Shown: positions 16,773-25,192 of the stretch, piece after piece
Position numbering within the stretch: position 1 is the stretch's first letter
Layout of the letters: every line of letters starts with the position of its first letter
From: Spirochaetia bacterium
Lineage (GTDB): Bacteria > Spirochaetota > Spirochaetia > DSM-2461
DNA: 64,000 bases
Reading direction: 5' to 3'
NCBI GenBank assembly: GCA_963668315.1
Contig: OY764216.1
Location: forward strand, 3,168,001-3,232,000
Notes under the pieces: generated by a model
What the model was told of the DNA's origin: nothing
Database searches by the model: none
The model's input: the letters and a program-made list of their open reading frames with translations, nothing else
Position numbers and translations under genes: made by a program

Positions 16773-18047
16773 ATGGAAAGAACACTAATTAAAGAGATAA
16801 AAGATTCCGTGGGAAAGGATGTTATGCTTTCCGGTTGGATTCACCGTATTCGCGACCTCGGCGGCGTCACCTTCGTCATTTTGCGTGACCGGTCCGGAAA
16901 ATGCCAGGTCGTGACCAATGATCCGGTGGAACTGAACCAGGAAACCGTCGTACAGGCCTATGGAAAAATCGCCGCCAACGACAAGGCGCCCGGCGGTTAT
17001 GAATTGATACTGGACCATTTCGACGTTCTCGGTGCCGCCGCTCCGGAGCTTCCCTTTCCTGTTAACGGGGACCCCTCCAAGGTGGGGATCGAGCTCACCC
17101 TGGATCAGAGAATGATCTCCCTCAGAAATCCCCAGATCCTCTCCATCTTCCGTCTGCAGGCGGCTCTGGTAAAATATTTCGGAGAGTATCTCCGCAGCAA
17201 GGATTTTACGGAGATCAAGTCCAGCAAGATGATCGGAACCGGGACCGAGGGGGGAACCAGCGTCTTTACGGTGGAGTATTTCGACCGCAAGGTTTTCCTG
17301 GCCCAGTCGCCCCAGTTCTACAAGCAGGCCATGGTCTCTTCCGGCCTGGAAAGGGTTTTCGAGATCGGCCATGCCTACCGGGCGGAGAAGCACGAGACCT
17401 CCCGGCACATAAACGAATATGTCTCCATGGATGTGGAGATGGGCTTCATTCAGTCCGAACTGGATATCATTGAGCTGGAAAGAGGCTTGCTGGCCTACAT
17501 TTTCGATCAGGTCAATGGGAACAACAAGGATGATATGGATGCCTGGGGCGCCACCTGCCCCACCGGAGAGCAGATGAGGAAAGCTCCGATTATCTCCCAT
17601 GACGAGGCCAAGCAGATCATCCGGGACAAGCTGGAAAGACGTGTCTTTGAGATCAGCCCGGAAGGGGAGAGAGTCCTCTGTGCCTGGGCCGAGGAGGAAC
17701 ACGGTACACCTCTTGTCTTCGTCAACGAATTTCCCCGCCGCAAGCGTCCTTTCTACACCTATCCCAAGGGAACCAAGACCATGAGTTTCGACTTGCTCTT
17801 CCGCGGTCTGGAAATTACCACCGGCGGCCGCCGTATCAACGAGTACGAAATGCTCCGTGAGACCCTTCCCCGTTTCGGCATGACCGAAGAGGAGCTGGGC
17901 GGTTATGCCGATATTTTCAAGTACGGCTGCCCCCCCCACGGAGGCTTCGCCATCGGCCTTGAGAGACTGACCCAGAAGATCATGGGGCTGAGCAACATCA
18001 AGGAGTGCTCCCTCTTTCCCCGTGACAGAAGACGGGTCACTCCCTGA
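16773..18047 (+). CDS. aspS: Non-discriminating (archaeal-type) aspartyl-tRNA synthetase
   Basis: 424 aa with no GAD insert; LAQSPQFYKQ, YRAEK, PPHGGFAIGLER, FPRD; co-operonic with gatCAB. Confidence 0.92.
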   Translation: MERTLIKEIKDSVGKDVMLSGWIHRIRDLGGVTFVILRDRSGKCQVVTNDPVELNQETVVQAYGKIAANDKAPGGYELILDHFDVLGAAAPELPFPVNGDPSKVGIELTLDQRMISLRNPQILSIFRLQAALVKYFGEYLRSKDFTEIKSSKMIGTGTEGGTSVFTVEYFDRKVFLAQSPQFYKQAMVSSGLERVFEIGHAYRAEKHETSRHINEYVSMDVEMGFIQSELDIIELERGLLAYIFDQVNGNNKDDMDAWGATCPTGEQMRKAPIISHDEAKQIIRDKLERRVFEISPEGERVLCAWAEEEHGTPLVFVNEFPRRKRPFYTYPKGTKTMSFDLLFRGLEITTGGRRINEYEMLRETLPRFGMTEEELGGYADIFKYGCPPHGGFAIGLERLTQKIMGLSNIKECSLFPRDRRRVTP

Positions 18048-18060
18048 CGGAGAGGATATG

Positions 18061-18098
18061 AAAAAAGCCGCCCGAGTTGTTCGGAGCGGCTTTTTTTT
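18061..18098. terminator. Bidirectional intrinsic terminator
   Basis: AAAAAAGCCGC-CCGAGTTGTTCGGA-GCGGCTTTTTTTT between the convergent aspS and argF genes. Confidence 0.88.
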
Positions 18099-18116
18099 AT
18101 TTATAAAGGAAAGTGA

Positions 18117-19106
18117 TCAGTTCAGGCTGGCCACCATGGCGGCTTTGATGGTGTGCATGCGGTTCTCCGCTTCGTCAAAGACAACGGACCGGGGGCTGCG
18201 GAAAACCTCGTCGGTCACTTCCATCTCGTCCAATCCGTACTTCTCTTTCACTTCCCGGCCCACGGCGGTATTCAGATCGTGAAAGGCGGGGAGGCAGTGC
18301 ATGAATATCGTATCGGGATTGCCCGTTTTATCCATCATGGCTTTATTCACCTGATAGGGCTTCAGAAGTCTGATCCGCTCTTCGAACTGATCCTCCTCTC
18401 CCATGGAAACCCAGACGTCGGTATAGATGATATCCGCATCCTTCACCCCCTCGGCGATATCCTCGCAGAGATTGATGACAGCTCCTGTCTCCTCGGCCAT
18501 CTTACGGCACTCCCGCACCAGTTCGTCGGAAGGAAAAAGGGAAGCCGGGGCGACGGCGCTGAACTCCATTCCCATCTTGGCTGCCCCGATCATCAGGGAG
18601 TTCCCCATATTGTTGCGGGCGTCTCCGGCGTAGGCCAGTTTCACCTTGTTGAGAGGCTTGGCCACATGTTCTTCGATAGTAAGAAGGTCGGCGAGAATCT
18701 GGGTGGGATGGTAGAGATCGGTCAAACCGTTCCAAACGGGGACTCCCGAAAACTTCGCCAGGGCTTCCACCGTTTCCTGCTTGAATCCGCGGTACTCAAT
18801 GCCATCGTAGAACCGGCCGAGGACCCGGGCCGTATCCTCAATGGACTCCTTTTTGCCCATCTGGCTGTTGGTGAGAAAGGTGACCTGGCCGCCTTCGTCA
18901 AAAACGGCCGTTTCAAAGGCGCATCTCGTTCTGGTGGAAGTTTTATCAAAAATAAGACAGATGTTTCGTCCCGCCAGCAGGTCCCCTCTGATCCCGGCTC
19001 TTTTCTTTTTTTTCAGATCATGGGACAGATCAAGGAGATAACGGATCTCCCGGGGGGTGAAGTCTTTCAGAGTCAGCAGACTGCGTCCTTGTAAATTAAT
19101 GGGCAT
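18117..19106 (-). CDS. argF: Ornithine carbamoyltransferase
   Basis: STRTR, HPTQ, DVWVSMG, HCLP; RBS GGGAGG before the ATG at 19106. Confidence 0.95.
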   Translation of the reverse strand: MPINLQGRSLLTLKDFTPREIRYLLDLSHDLKKKKRAGIRGDLLAGRNICLIFDKTSTRTRCAFETAVFDEGGQVTFLTNSQMGKKESIEDTARVLGRFYDGIEYRGFKQETVEALAKFSGVPVWNGLTDLYHPTQILADLLTIEEHVAKPLNKVKLAYAGDARNNMGNSLMIGAAKMGMEFSAVAPASLFPSDELVRECRKMAEETGAVINLCEDIAEGVKDADIIYTDVWVSMGEEDQFEERIRLLKPYQVNKAMMDKTGNPDTIFMHCLPAFHDLNTAVGREVKEKYGLDEMEVTDEVFRSPRSVVFDEAENRMHTIKAAMVASLN

Positions 19107-19205
19107 TTCAGGCCTCCCACACAAATAAGATAGGGTAAAAATATAGGATAAAAGAAAAAAGATTTCTACCCCGTACCCTTTCTCTGCCCCTGCATTTAGT
19201 ATATA

Positions 19206-20564
19206 ATGCGCCCTGTGCGAAGCTTTTTCCGGTCCGATAGGATTATCATCTTTTCCTATTTCCTCGTTGTCATATTTCTGGGAACCCTGTTGCTTTTCCT
19301 CCCCCTTTCATGGAATGGGCCCCGTCCCCTGTCTCTGCTGGATGCTTTTTTCACCGCCGTGTCCGCCGTTTGCGTGACCGGGCTGGCCGTTGTGGATACC
19401 TCTCTGTTTACCCGGACAGGGCAGATCTTTCTGATAAGTCTCATACAGCTGGGGGGGCTGGGTATCGTCACCTTCTCCACCCTGTTTCTCATCATCCCCG
19501 GACTTCGCATGTCACTGAACAGAAGCCAGATTCTCCTTGATTTCAATCCGGAGAAGGGAAAAAGGGATCCCCGGCGCATTATCCGGGTTATACTCCTCTA
19601 TACCCTGGCCATTGAAGGAGCGGGAGCCGCGATCCTTTCCCTTCTTTTTCGAAGGAGGGGGGTACCCGAACCCGTCTTCAATGGTATCTTCCACGGCATC
19701 TCCGCCTTCTGCAACGCCGGGTTTTCCCGGTTTTCCAACAGCCTTGAAGATTTCGCCCTCGATGTTCCGGTGAATCTGACCGTTATGGCTCTTATCATTA
19801 CCGGCGGCCTGGGGTTTATGGTACTCCAGGATCTGGTGCGAAAGATCTTCTTTCCCGGACATCGTCTCCGCTATCATTCGAAGCTGATGCTTCTGGCCAC
19901 TCTCGTGCTGATTCTGGGGGGAACGGTTTTTTTCTATCTGGCTGAAAGGGAGAAACTTTTTCTATCCCTTGATGGAGCGAGGATAACAAACGGTCAGAAA
20001 TGGCTTCTGGCCCTTTTCCAATCGGTAACGGAAAGGACCGCCGGGTTCAATACCGTATCCCAGGGGGATCTTTCCCTCTCTTCCCAGCTTTTCAGCCTGC
20101 TCCTGATGATTATCGGCGGAGGATCCGGTTCGACGGCGGGAGGGATCAAGGTCACCACGGCGCTGATGATTTTCTTTGTCATGGTCAACGGACTGAATAC
20201 CCGGGGTGAGGTCCGCTTCTTAAAGCGGCGGATTCCCTCGGAGGTCATAAACCGGGCGTCCCTCTTCTTCCTCAAGGCCGTGGGATTTCTGTTCCTGCTG
20301 CTGATGGCCCTGATTTTTACAGAAGCCCATAATGCCCCGGATACGAAAGAGCTCCGGGCGCTCGTTTTCGAAACATTCTCCGCGCTGGGTACGGTGGGGC
20401 TTTCCCACGGGATAACGCCCTCCTTGTCGTCCGGAGGAAAACTGATAATCGTGATTGCCATGTTCGCCGGTAGAGTCGGACTCTTCACCATGATACTGCC
20501 CCGTAGGGACAGGGTCGAGGAGCGGCATGTGGACTGGCCCACGGGGGAGGTACTCATAGGATGA
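19206..20564 (+). CDS. Trk/Ktr potassium uptake membrane subunit (KtrB/TrkH)
   Basis: [38 protein letters not shown]. Confidence 0.93.
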   Translation: MRPVRSFFRSDRIIIFSYFLVVIFLGTLLLFLPLSWNGPRPLSLLDAFFTAVSAVCVTGLAVVDTSLFTRTGQIFLISLIQLGGLGIVTFSTLFLIIPGLRMSLNRSQILLDFNPEKGKRDPRRIIRVILLYTLAIEGAGAAILSLLFRRRGVPEPVFNGIFHGISAFCNAGFSRFSNSLEDFALDVPVNLTVMALIITGGLGFMVLQDLVRKIFFPGHRLRYHSKLMLLATLVLILGGTVFFYLAEREKLFLSLDGARITNGQKWLLALFQSVTERTAGFNTVSQGDLSLSSQLFSLLLMIIGGGSGSTAGGIKVTTALMIFFVMVNGLNTRGEVRFLKRRIPSEVINRASLFFLKAVGFLFLLLMALIFTEAHNAPDTKELRALVFETFSALGTVGLSHGITPSLSSGGKLIIVIAMFAGRVGLFTMILPRRDRVEERHVDWPTGEVLIG

Positions 20565-21277
20565 AACAATTTGCCATAATCGGGGTGGATACGTTCGCCA
20601 AAAGCCTTTTGGAGGAGCTGATAGCCGTGGACTGCGAAGTTCTGCTTATCGACAGAAACAGGGATATCATCGACTTCTATAAAGACGATGTGACGGAAGC
20701 TTATGTGGCGGACGTTATAAACGAGGAGACCATCAACCGTCTTGTCCCCACAGATATCGACGGGGTCATCGTGGATCTCGGTTCCAATATCGAAGCGTCC
20801 GTTCTGGTAACCAATTATCTCAAGAAGATGGGTATTAAAAATGTGCACATCAAGGTTAATTCCGATCGGCACGGGGAAATCCTTGAGATTATCGGGGCGG
20901 ATAATGTCATCTATCCCGACCGGGAAGCCGCCCGCCGTCTGACGCCTCTTCTTCTTTCCTCCTCCCTTTTTAATTATGTGCCCATAGGAAACGGTCTGGT
21001 CATGGCCGAGGTCTCTCCGCCGGCCAAGCTGCTCGAAGGTCAGGAAATCGATGTCCGGCGGACATACGGCATCAATATCATCGCGTACCGAAGCGTCGAC
21101 GGGGAGTATATTTTCTACCGGAGGGAGCATCAGTTCGCCGCCGATGATATTATGCTTGTCGTGGGAAGCGAAGCGGACCTTCTGGGATTCGCCGACAAAG
21201 AGCTGCCCGTTACGACATCGGCCACCCACAAAATCCCCTATCTCCTCAAGAGGTTTTTCAAGGAAGGAAAGCATTGA
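20561..21277 (+). CDS. Trk/Ktr RCK regulatory subunit (KtrA/TrkA)
   Basis: N-terminal KQFAIIG Rossmann fold, GAD.VIYP; overlaps the upstream gene. Confidence 0.88.
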   Translation: MKQFAIIGVDTFAKSLLEELIAVDCEVLLIDRNRDIIDFYKDDVTEAYVADVINEETINRLVPTDIDGVIVDLGSNIEASVLVTNYLKKMGIKNVHIKVNSDRHGEILEIIGADNVIYPDREAARRLTPLLLSSSLFNYVPIGNGLVMAEVSPPAKLLEGQEIDVRRTYGINIIAYRSVDGEYIFYRREHQFAADDIMLVVGSEADLLGFADKELPVTTSATHKIPYLLKRFFKEGKH

Positions 21278-22251
21278 TCTGGTCCCGGGAATATCTGAAG
21301 GACGACTGGTACCGTTCTTACCCTTCTCAGCTGGACGGGAAAGCTATTGATGAAAGACGGTCGAAAGCCGCCGCCGCTCTGGACAGGGATTCCTCCCGGG
21401 TCTGGGGCGATCCCTTTGAAAAACTGTCCCCCGGGACCTGTTCTGTCGATCTGGACAGGGCGGATCCTCAGATAGGACGGGCGGGAGAGTTTCCCGGTGA
21501 TCCGGCCGAACTGGAAGCCGCCCTCCGGTCGCTCATGCCCTGGCGCAAGGGCCCCCTGAACTATTTCGGAACCCACATCGATGCGGAATGGAAAAGCAAC
21601 CGCAAATGGACGAGGGTGGAGCCCCACCTGCCCGACCTGAGGGGAAAGAGGGTGTGCGATGTGGGATGTAACAACAGTTACTACCTGTTGCGGATGCTTC
21701 CCCGGGATCCGGAGCTGCTTCTGGGGATCGACCCCATGGTAAGATACTGGTTCAACCACCGCCTCCACCAGCTCTATGTGAACGACAGCCGGCTTCACTT
21801 TGAGCTTCTCGGAGCGGAGGATCTGGATCTCTATCCCCGTTTTTTCGACGTTGTTTTCTATATGGGAATTCTCTACCATCGGCGCAGCCCCATCGACAGC
21901 CTCTCCTCTGTCGCCCAAACCATGAGGCCTGGGGGGACGCTGATTCTGGAATGCTCGGGCATCCCCGGTGACGAACCCTACTGCCTCATTCCCGAGTCCC
22001 GCTATCTGAAGGCGCCGGGTTACTGGTTTCTTCCCACGGCTTCGGCACTGGTGAATATGCTGGGGCGAACAGGTTTTTCCGATATTGAGGTTTTCCATAC
22101 CCATAAGCTGGAGAAGGAAGAACAGAGACAGACCGACTGGGCCCGCTTTCAGTCTCTGGAGCATTTTCTTGATGAAGAGGACGAGACCAAAACCGTGGAA
22201 GGCTATCCCGCCCCGGTAAGAATCTATGTCAAGGCAAAGAGAAAAGCTTAG
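21274..22251 (+). CDS. cmoB: tRNA U34 carboxymethyltransferase
   Basis: LMPWRKGP, IDAEWKS..KW, DVGCNN.YY, MGILYHRRSP, TVEGYPAP. Confidence 0.93.
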   Translation: MIWSREYLKDDWYRSYPSQLDGKAIDERRSKAAAALDRDSSRVWGDPFEKLSPGTCSVDLDRADPQIGRAGEFPGDPAELEAALRSLMPWRKGPLNYFGTHIDAEWKSNRKWTRVEPHLPDLRGKRVCDVGCNNSYYLLRMLPRDPELLLGIDPMVRYWFNHRLHQLYVNDSRLHFELLGAEDLDLYPRFFDVVFYMGILYHRRSPIDSLSSVAQTMRPGGTLILECSGIPGDEPYCLIPESRYLKAPGYWFLPTASALVNMLGRTGFSDIEVFHTHKLEKEEQRQTDWARFQSLEHFLDEEDETKTVEGYPAPVRIYVKAKRKA

Positions 22252-22265
22252 TTTTCTCCCGGCAC

Positions 22266-22295
22266 TTGACACCATTGGATAAAATAGGATATGGT
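22266..22295 (+). promoter_or_regulatory. Putative tRNA operon promoter
   Basis: TTGACA (22266) - 18 nt - TATGGT (22290), just upstream of tRNA-Asp. Confidence 0.5.
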
Positions 22296-22307
22296 ACCTT
22301 CACATTC

Positions 22308-22381
22308 GGAGGCGTAGCGAAGCTGGTTATCGCGCCGGCCTGTCAAGCCGGAGATCGCGGGTTCGATCCCCGTCGCTTCCG
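22308..22381 (+). tRNA. tRNA-Asp (GTC)
   Basis: Acceptor GGAGGCG/CGCTTCC, anticodon arm CCGGC-CTGTCAA-GCCGG, T-loop GTTCGAT. CCA not encoded. Confidence 0.96.
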
Positions 22382-22394
22382 CATTTTTTATTAT

Positions 22395-22467
22395 CGGGCT
22401 GTAGCGCAGCGGCTAGCGTACATCGTTCGGGACGATGGGGTCGCCGGTTCAAATCCGGCCAGCCCGA
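22395..22467 (+). tRNA. tRNA-Pro (CGG)
   Basis: Acceptor CGGGCTG/CAGCCCG, anticodon arm CATCG-TTCGGGA-CGATG, T-loop GTTCAAAT. Confidence 0.96.
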
Positions 22468-22595
22468 ATATTTTAGGTAAAAAGCATAGACAAAAGAGAA
22501 CATTCCGTTAGATAATACTGCAAAGGGCTGTTTTTTTTCTTCCGTGTAAATCCTTTCTACAGTTGATTAAGAAGACAGCCGAAAATGGTAGTGAC

Positions 22596-23480
22596 ATGAG
22601 AAATTACCGGAATAACCTAATAATCTTTCTTTTATCCCTTATTCTTCTTCAGACTTATAATATCTGGGGTGAATCGTACCGTGTGGTCCGAGGTGACACC
22701 CTTTATTCCATTGCCCTTAAATATTCCGTATCGGTCAAGGAACTGATGACCCTCAACAACATCGAGAATCCTTCGGCCCTCTCCGTGGGAATGGATCTGA
22801 TTATTCCGGGAACCGAACCGGCCGATAGTAGCTCATCCGGGACCTACACCGTTGTCGGAGGCGATACCTATTACAGTATTTCCAGAAAACACGGGATGTC
22901 CGTCTCCGACCTGCTTTCACTGAACCATCTGACGGCCGGTGATATCCTTTCCATCGGACAGACTCTGGCGGTATCAGGAGCAAACCCCGGGGAAAACATA
23001 CCCGCCACCCCCGTACAGGTAAAGCCGGAACCGCAACCGGAAACGGAAAGGGTTACCGAAAAGAGGGAAGAGGGCAGAACCGTTCTTCCCGTAACCGCCG
23101 GCCCCTCCCTCGTACTGGGAAGAACCGGCCGGGATGCCAGCCGGCCCGAATGGCCCGTCACCGGTCCTCTCTATTCGGTTGACGGCGATTTTGAAGGGGT
23201 TATGATAGAGAGCGTCCCCTCCACCTATGTGGAAGCCGTATCGGGCGGCGAAGTCGTCTGGGCCGGACCCTATTGGGAGTTCGGTCAGATCGCTCTTATC
23301 GAAAGCGAGGGCTACATCTATTTCTATGGGGGCAACAGCGATATTTTTGTCAATGTGGGACAGAAAATCACTGTCGGAACCAGAATAGGGCGGCTCGAAA
23401 ACATTGACGGCAAGGGAAATTTGTATTTTACTGTATTTAAAGAGGGAAAAGTAATCGACCTGGCCATGGCCGGGAATTAG
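22596..23480 (+). CDS. LysM x2 plus degenerate M23 (NlpD-like) protein
   Basis: YRVVRGDTLYSIA and YTVVGGDTYYSIS LysM repeats; WPVTG...GEVVWAG...VNVGQKI M23 fold lacking the Zn-binding His residues. Confidence 0.88.
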   Translation: MRNYRNNLIIFLLSLILLQTYNIWGESYRVVRGDTLYSIALKYSVSVKELMTLNNIENPSALSVGMDLIIPGTEPADSSSSGTYTVVGGDTYYSISRKHGMSVSDLLSLNHLTAGDILSIGQTLAVSGANPGENIPATPVQVKPEPQPETERVTEKREEGRTVLPVTAGPSLVLGRTGRDASRPEWPVTGPLYSVDGDFEGVMIESVPSTYVEAVSGGEVVWAGPYWEFGQIALIESEGYIYFYGGNSDIFVNVGQKITVGTRIGRLENIDGKGNLYFTVFKEGKVIDLAMAGN

Positions 23481-23489
23481 GGGGATAGG

Positions 23490-24476
23490 ATGGAAGAGCT
23501 GCTCAAAGAGCCTCATGGTAAGATGGTAAGGCACCCGGATGATGAAATCGGCGAGCAGAGCGAAAACGACCCCCTTGCGTTATATCTGAAGCAAATTTCC
23601 TTTTATGATCTCCTTACCATGGATCAGGAGCAGGCCATCGGGGAGAGGATTGACGATATCAAGGAAACCATCGAAGCCATGGATGAGCAGCTTGAGGAAA
23701 AAGTGCTTACCAGTGAGAGCTACGATCTTGCCCTGAGTCCTCTTAACGAAGAGCTTTATGAACTGAAAAATCAGATGATCCAGTCCAATCTGCGGCTGGT
23801 TGTATCCATCGCCAAGAAATACCAGAACCGGGGCATGTCTTTTCTCGACCTTATCAATGAGGGAAATATCGGATTAATCGAAGCGGTTGAACGGTTCGAC
23901 TACTCCCGGGGCTGCCGTTTCTCCACCTACGGGACATGGTGGATCCGTCAGGCCATCATAAAATCCCTGGCCGACAAGGGACGGGTGATCAGAATCCCCA
24001 TCCATATGCTGAATTCCATTAAGAAATGCTATTACGTGGCCAAGGAACTCACGCAGGAACTGGGCAGGAACCCCACCGAGAAAGAGCTGGCCGAGCAGAT
24101 GGGCATAGATGAGGCCAAGGTAAAGGAAGTCATACAGCTTTCCCAGGAAACGGCCAGTCTCGACACAACCGTGGATGACGATCATATGACCCGCCTTTCC
24201 GAACTCATTAAGGACGATATGACCAAGGAGCCGATGGATGCCGTCTTTAAGAGTAACGTCCACGAGACGCTGAACGATGTGCTCGGACAGCTGTCTGAAA
24301 GGGAAAAGCGCATTATCGAACTTCGCTACGGCCTAAACAACAAGACTCCCCTGACCCTGGAGCAGACGGGCCGCATCATGGGAATTACCCGGGAGAGAGT
24401 CCGGCAGATTCAGGAGAAGGCAATCGTCAAACTGAGAGGTTTCAAGGAGATCCAGGAGCTGGAGGAATTCATCTAG
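23490..24476 (+). CDS. Group 2 sigma70 factor (RpoS-like)
   Basis: Region 1.2 DPLALYLKQI; region 2 NLRLVVSIAKKY and FSTYGTWWIRQAI; region 4 TLEQTG...TRERVRQIQ; no region 1.1. Confidence 0.93.
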   Translation: MEELLKEPHGKMVRHPDDEIGEQSENDPLALYLKQISFYDLLTMDQEQAIGERIDDIKETIEAMDEQLEEKVLTSESYDLALSPLNEELYELKNQMIQSNLRLVVSIAKKYQNRGMSFLDLINEGNIGLIEAVERFDYSRGCRFSTYGTWWIRQAIIKSLADKGRVIRIPIHMLNSIKKCYYVAKELTQELGRNPTEKELAEQMGIDEAKVKEVIQLSQETASLDTTVDDDHMTRLSELIKDDMTKEPMDAVFKSNVHETLNDVLGQLSEREKRIIELRYGLNNKTPLTLEQTGRIMGITRERVRQIQEKAIVKLRGFKEIQELEEFI

Positions 24477-24477
24477 C

Positions 24478-24720
24478 ATGAAGCCTCTTTTCTATGTGAC
24501 CCTTCCCGATGATTTTGATGAAAAATGTTCGGAGAGCGGCGGGGGGTTGTTCCTGGATATGGACGACCCTTACAAAGAGGCGGCCCGTCGTTTGACAACG
24601 GGAAAAGTATATCCCGTTTTGGAAGTCTCCGATGACGACAGTCTCGTTCTTGTAGATGATTCCGGTCGTCTCTATAAAATAAACAGCAGGATGGTTAAAT
24701 TTTCCGATGGAGCTGGTTAA
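24478..24720 (+). CDS. Small hypothetical protein
   Basis: GGAGG upstream; sits tightly between the sigma and GAF genes; LTTGKVYPV beta-rich segment. Confidence 0.65.
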   Translation: MKPLFYVTLPDDFDEKCSESGGGLFLDMDDPYKEAARRLTTGKVYPVLEVSDDDSLVLVDDSGRLYKINSRMVKFSDGAG

Positions 24721-25177
24721 GGCCCTGACTGAAATCTCTTCGCTCATCGCAGGTTCCCATACGCAGGAGGACATGTTTTGTCATCTGGTACAGCGGACCT
24801 GTTATGAGACGGGCTCGGATTTTTCCGTAGTTTTCACCCTTTCCGGTGCGGCCGAGTTCCATACCCTGGCAACGAGCCACAGGAAAAGGGATGAATATTC
24901 TTTCGTCGCAGACGGGGATTTCGAAGATTTTCTCAGGGAATGTACGGAATATATTGTTTCTCATAAAGCGGATAAGGGCCCCTTCCCGCAGCTCCTTCTC
25001 AGGGAGACCATGAAAAGCGCAGCCGCCTTTCCCCTGAGAGTAAAAAATGAATTGAAATTTATCCTCATCCTCAATTCGGGGAAGGATATGTACTATAATG
25101 AAGAAAAGCTTCTATTTCTGGAATCTTCCTGCCGCGTCATGCAGGAAGCGCTGGGCCGTGTCTTCAGCCGGGAATAG
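24707..25177 (+). CDS. Stand-alone GAF-domain protein
   Basis: MKSAAAFPLRV...FILILNS...YNEEKLLFL GAF-like C-terminal pattern; 156 aa. Confidence 0.7.
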   Translation: MELVKALTEISSLIAGSHTQEDMFCHLVQRTCYETGSDFSVVFTLSGAAEFHTLATSHRKRDEYSFVADGDFEDFLRECTEYIVSHKADKGPFPQLLLRETMKSAAAFPLRVKNELKFILILNSGKDMYYNEEKLLFLESSCRVMQEALGRVFSRE

Positions 25178-25192
25178 GAGAAGGAGTTCTCT

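Noticed and set aside
22266..22511. 81-aa ORF
   Set aside because: It overlaps two clear tRNA genes, and its TTG start is the -35 box.
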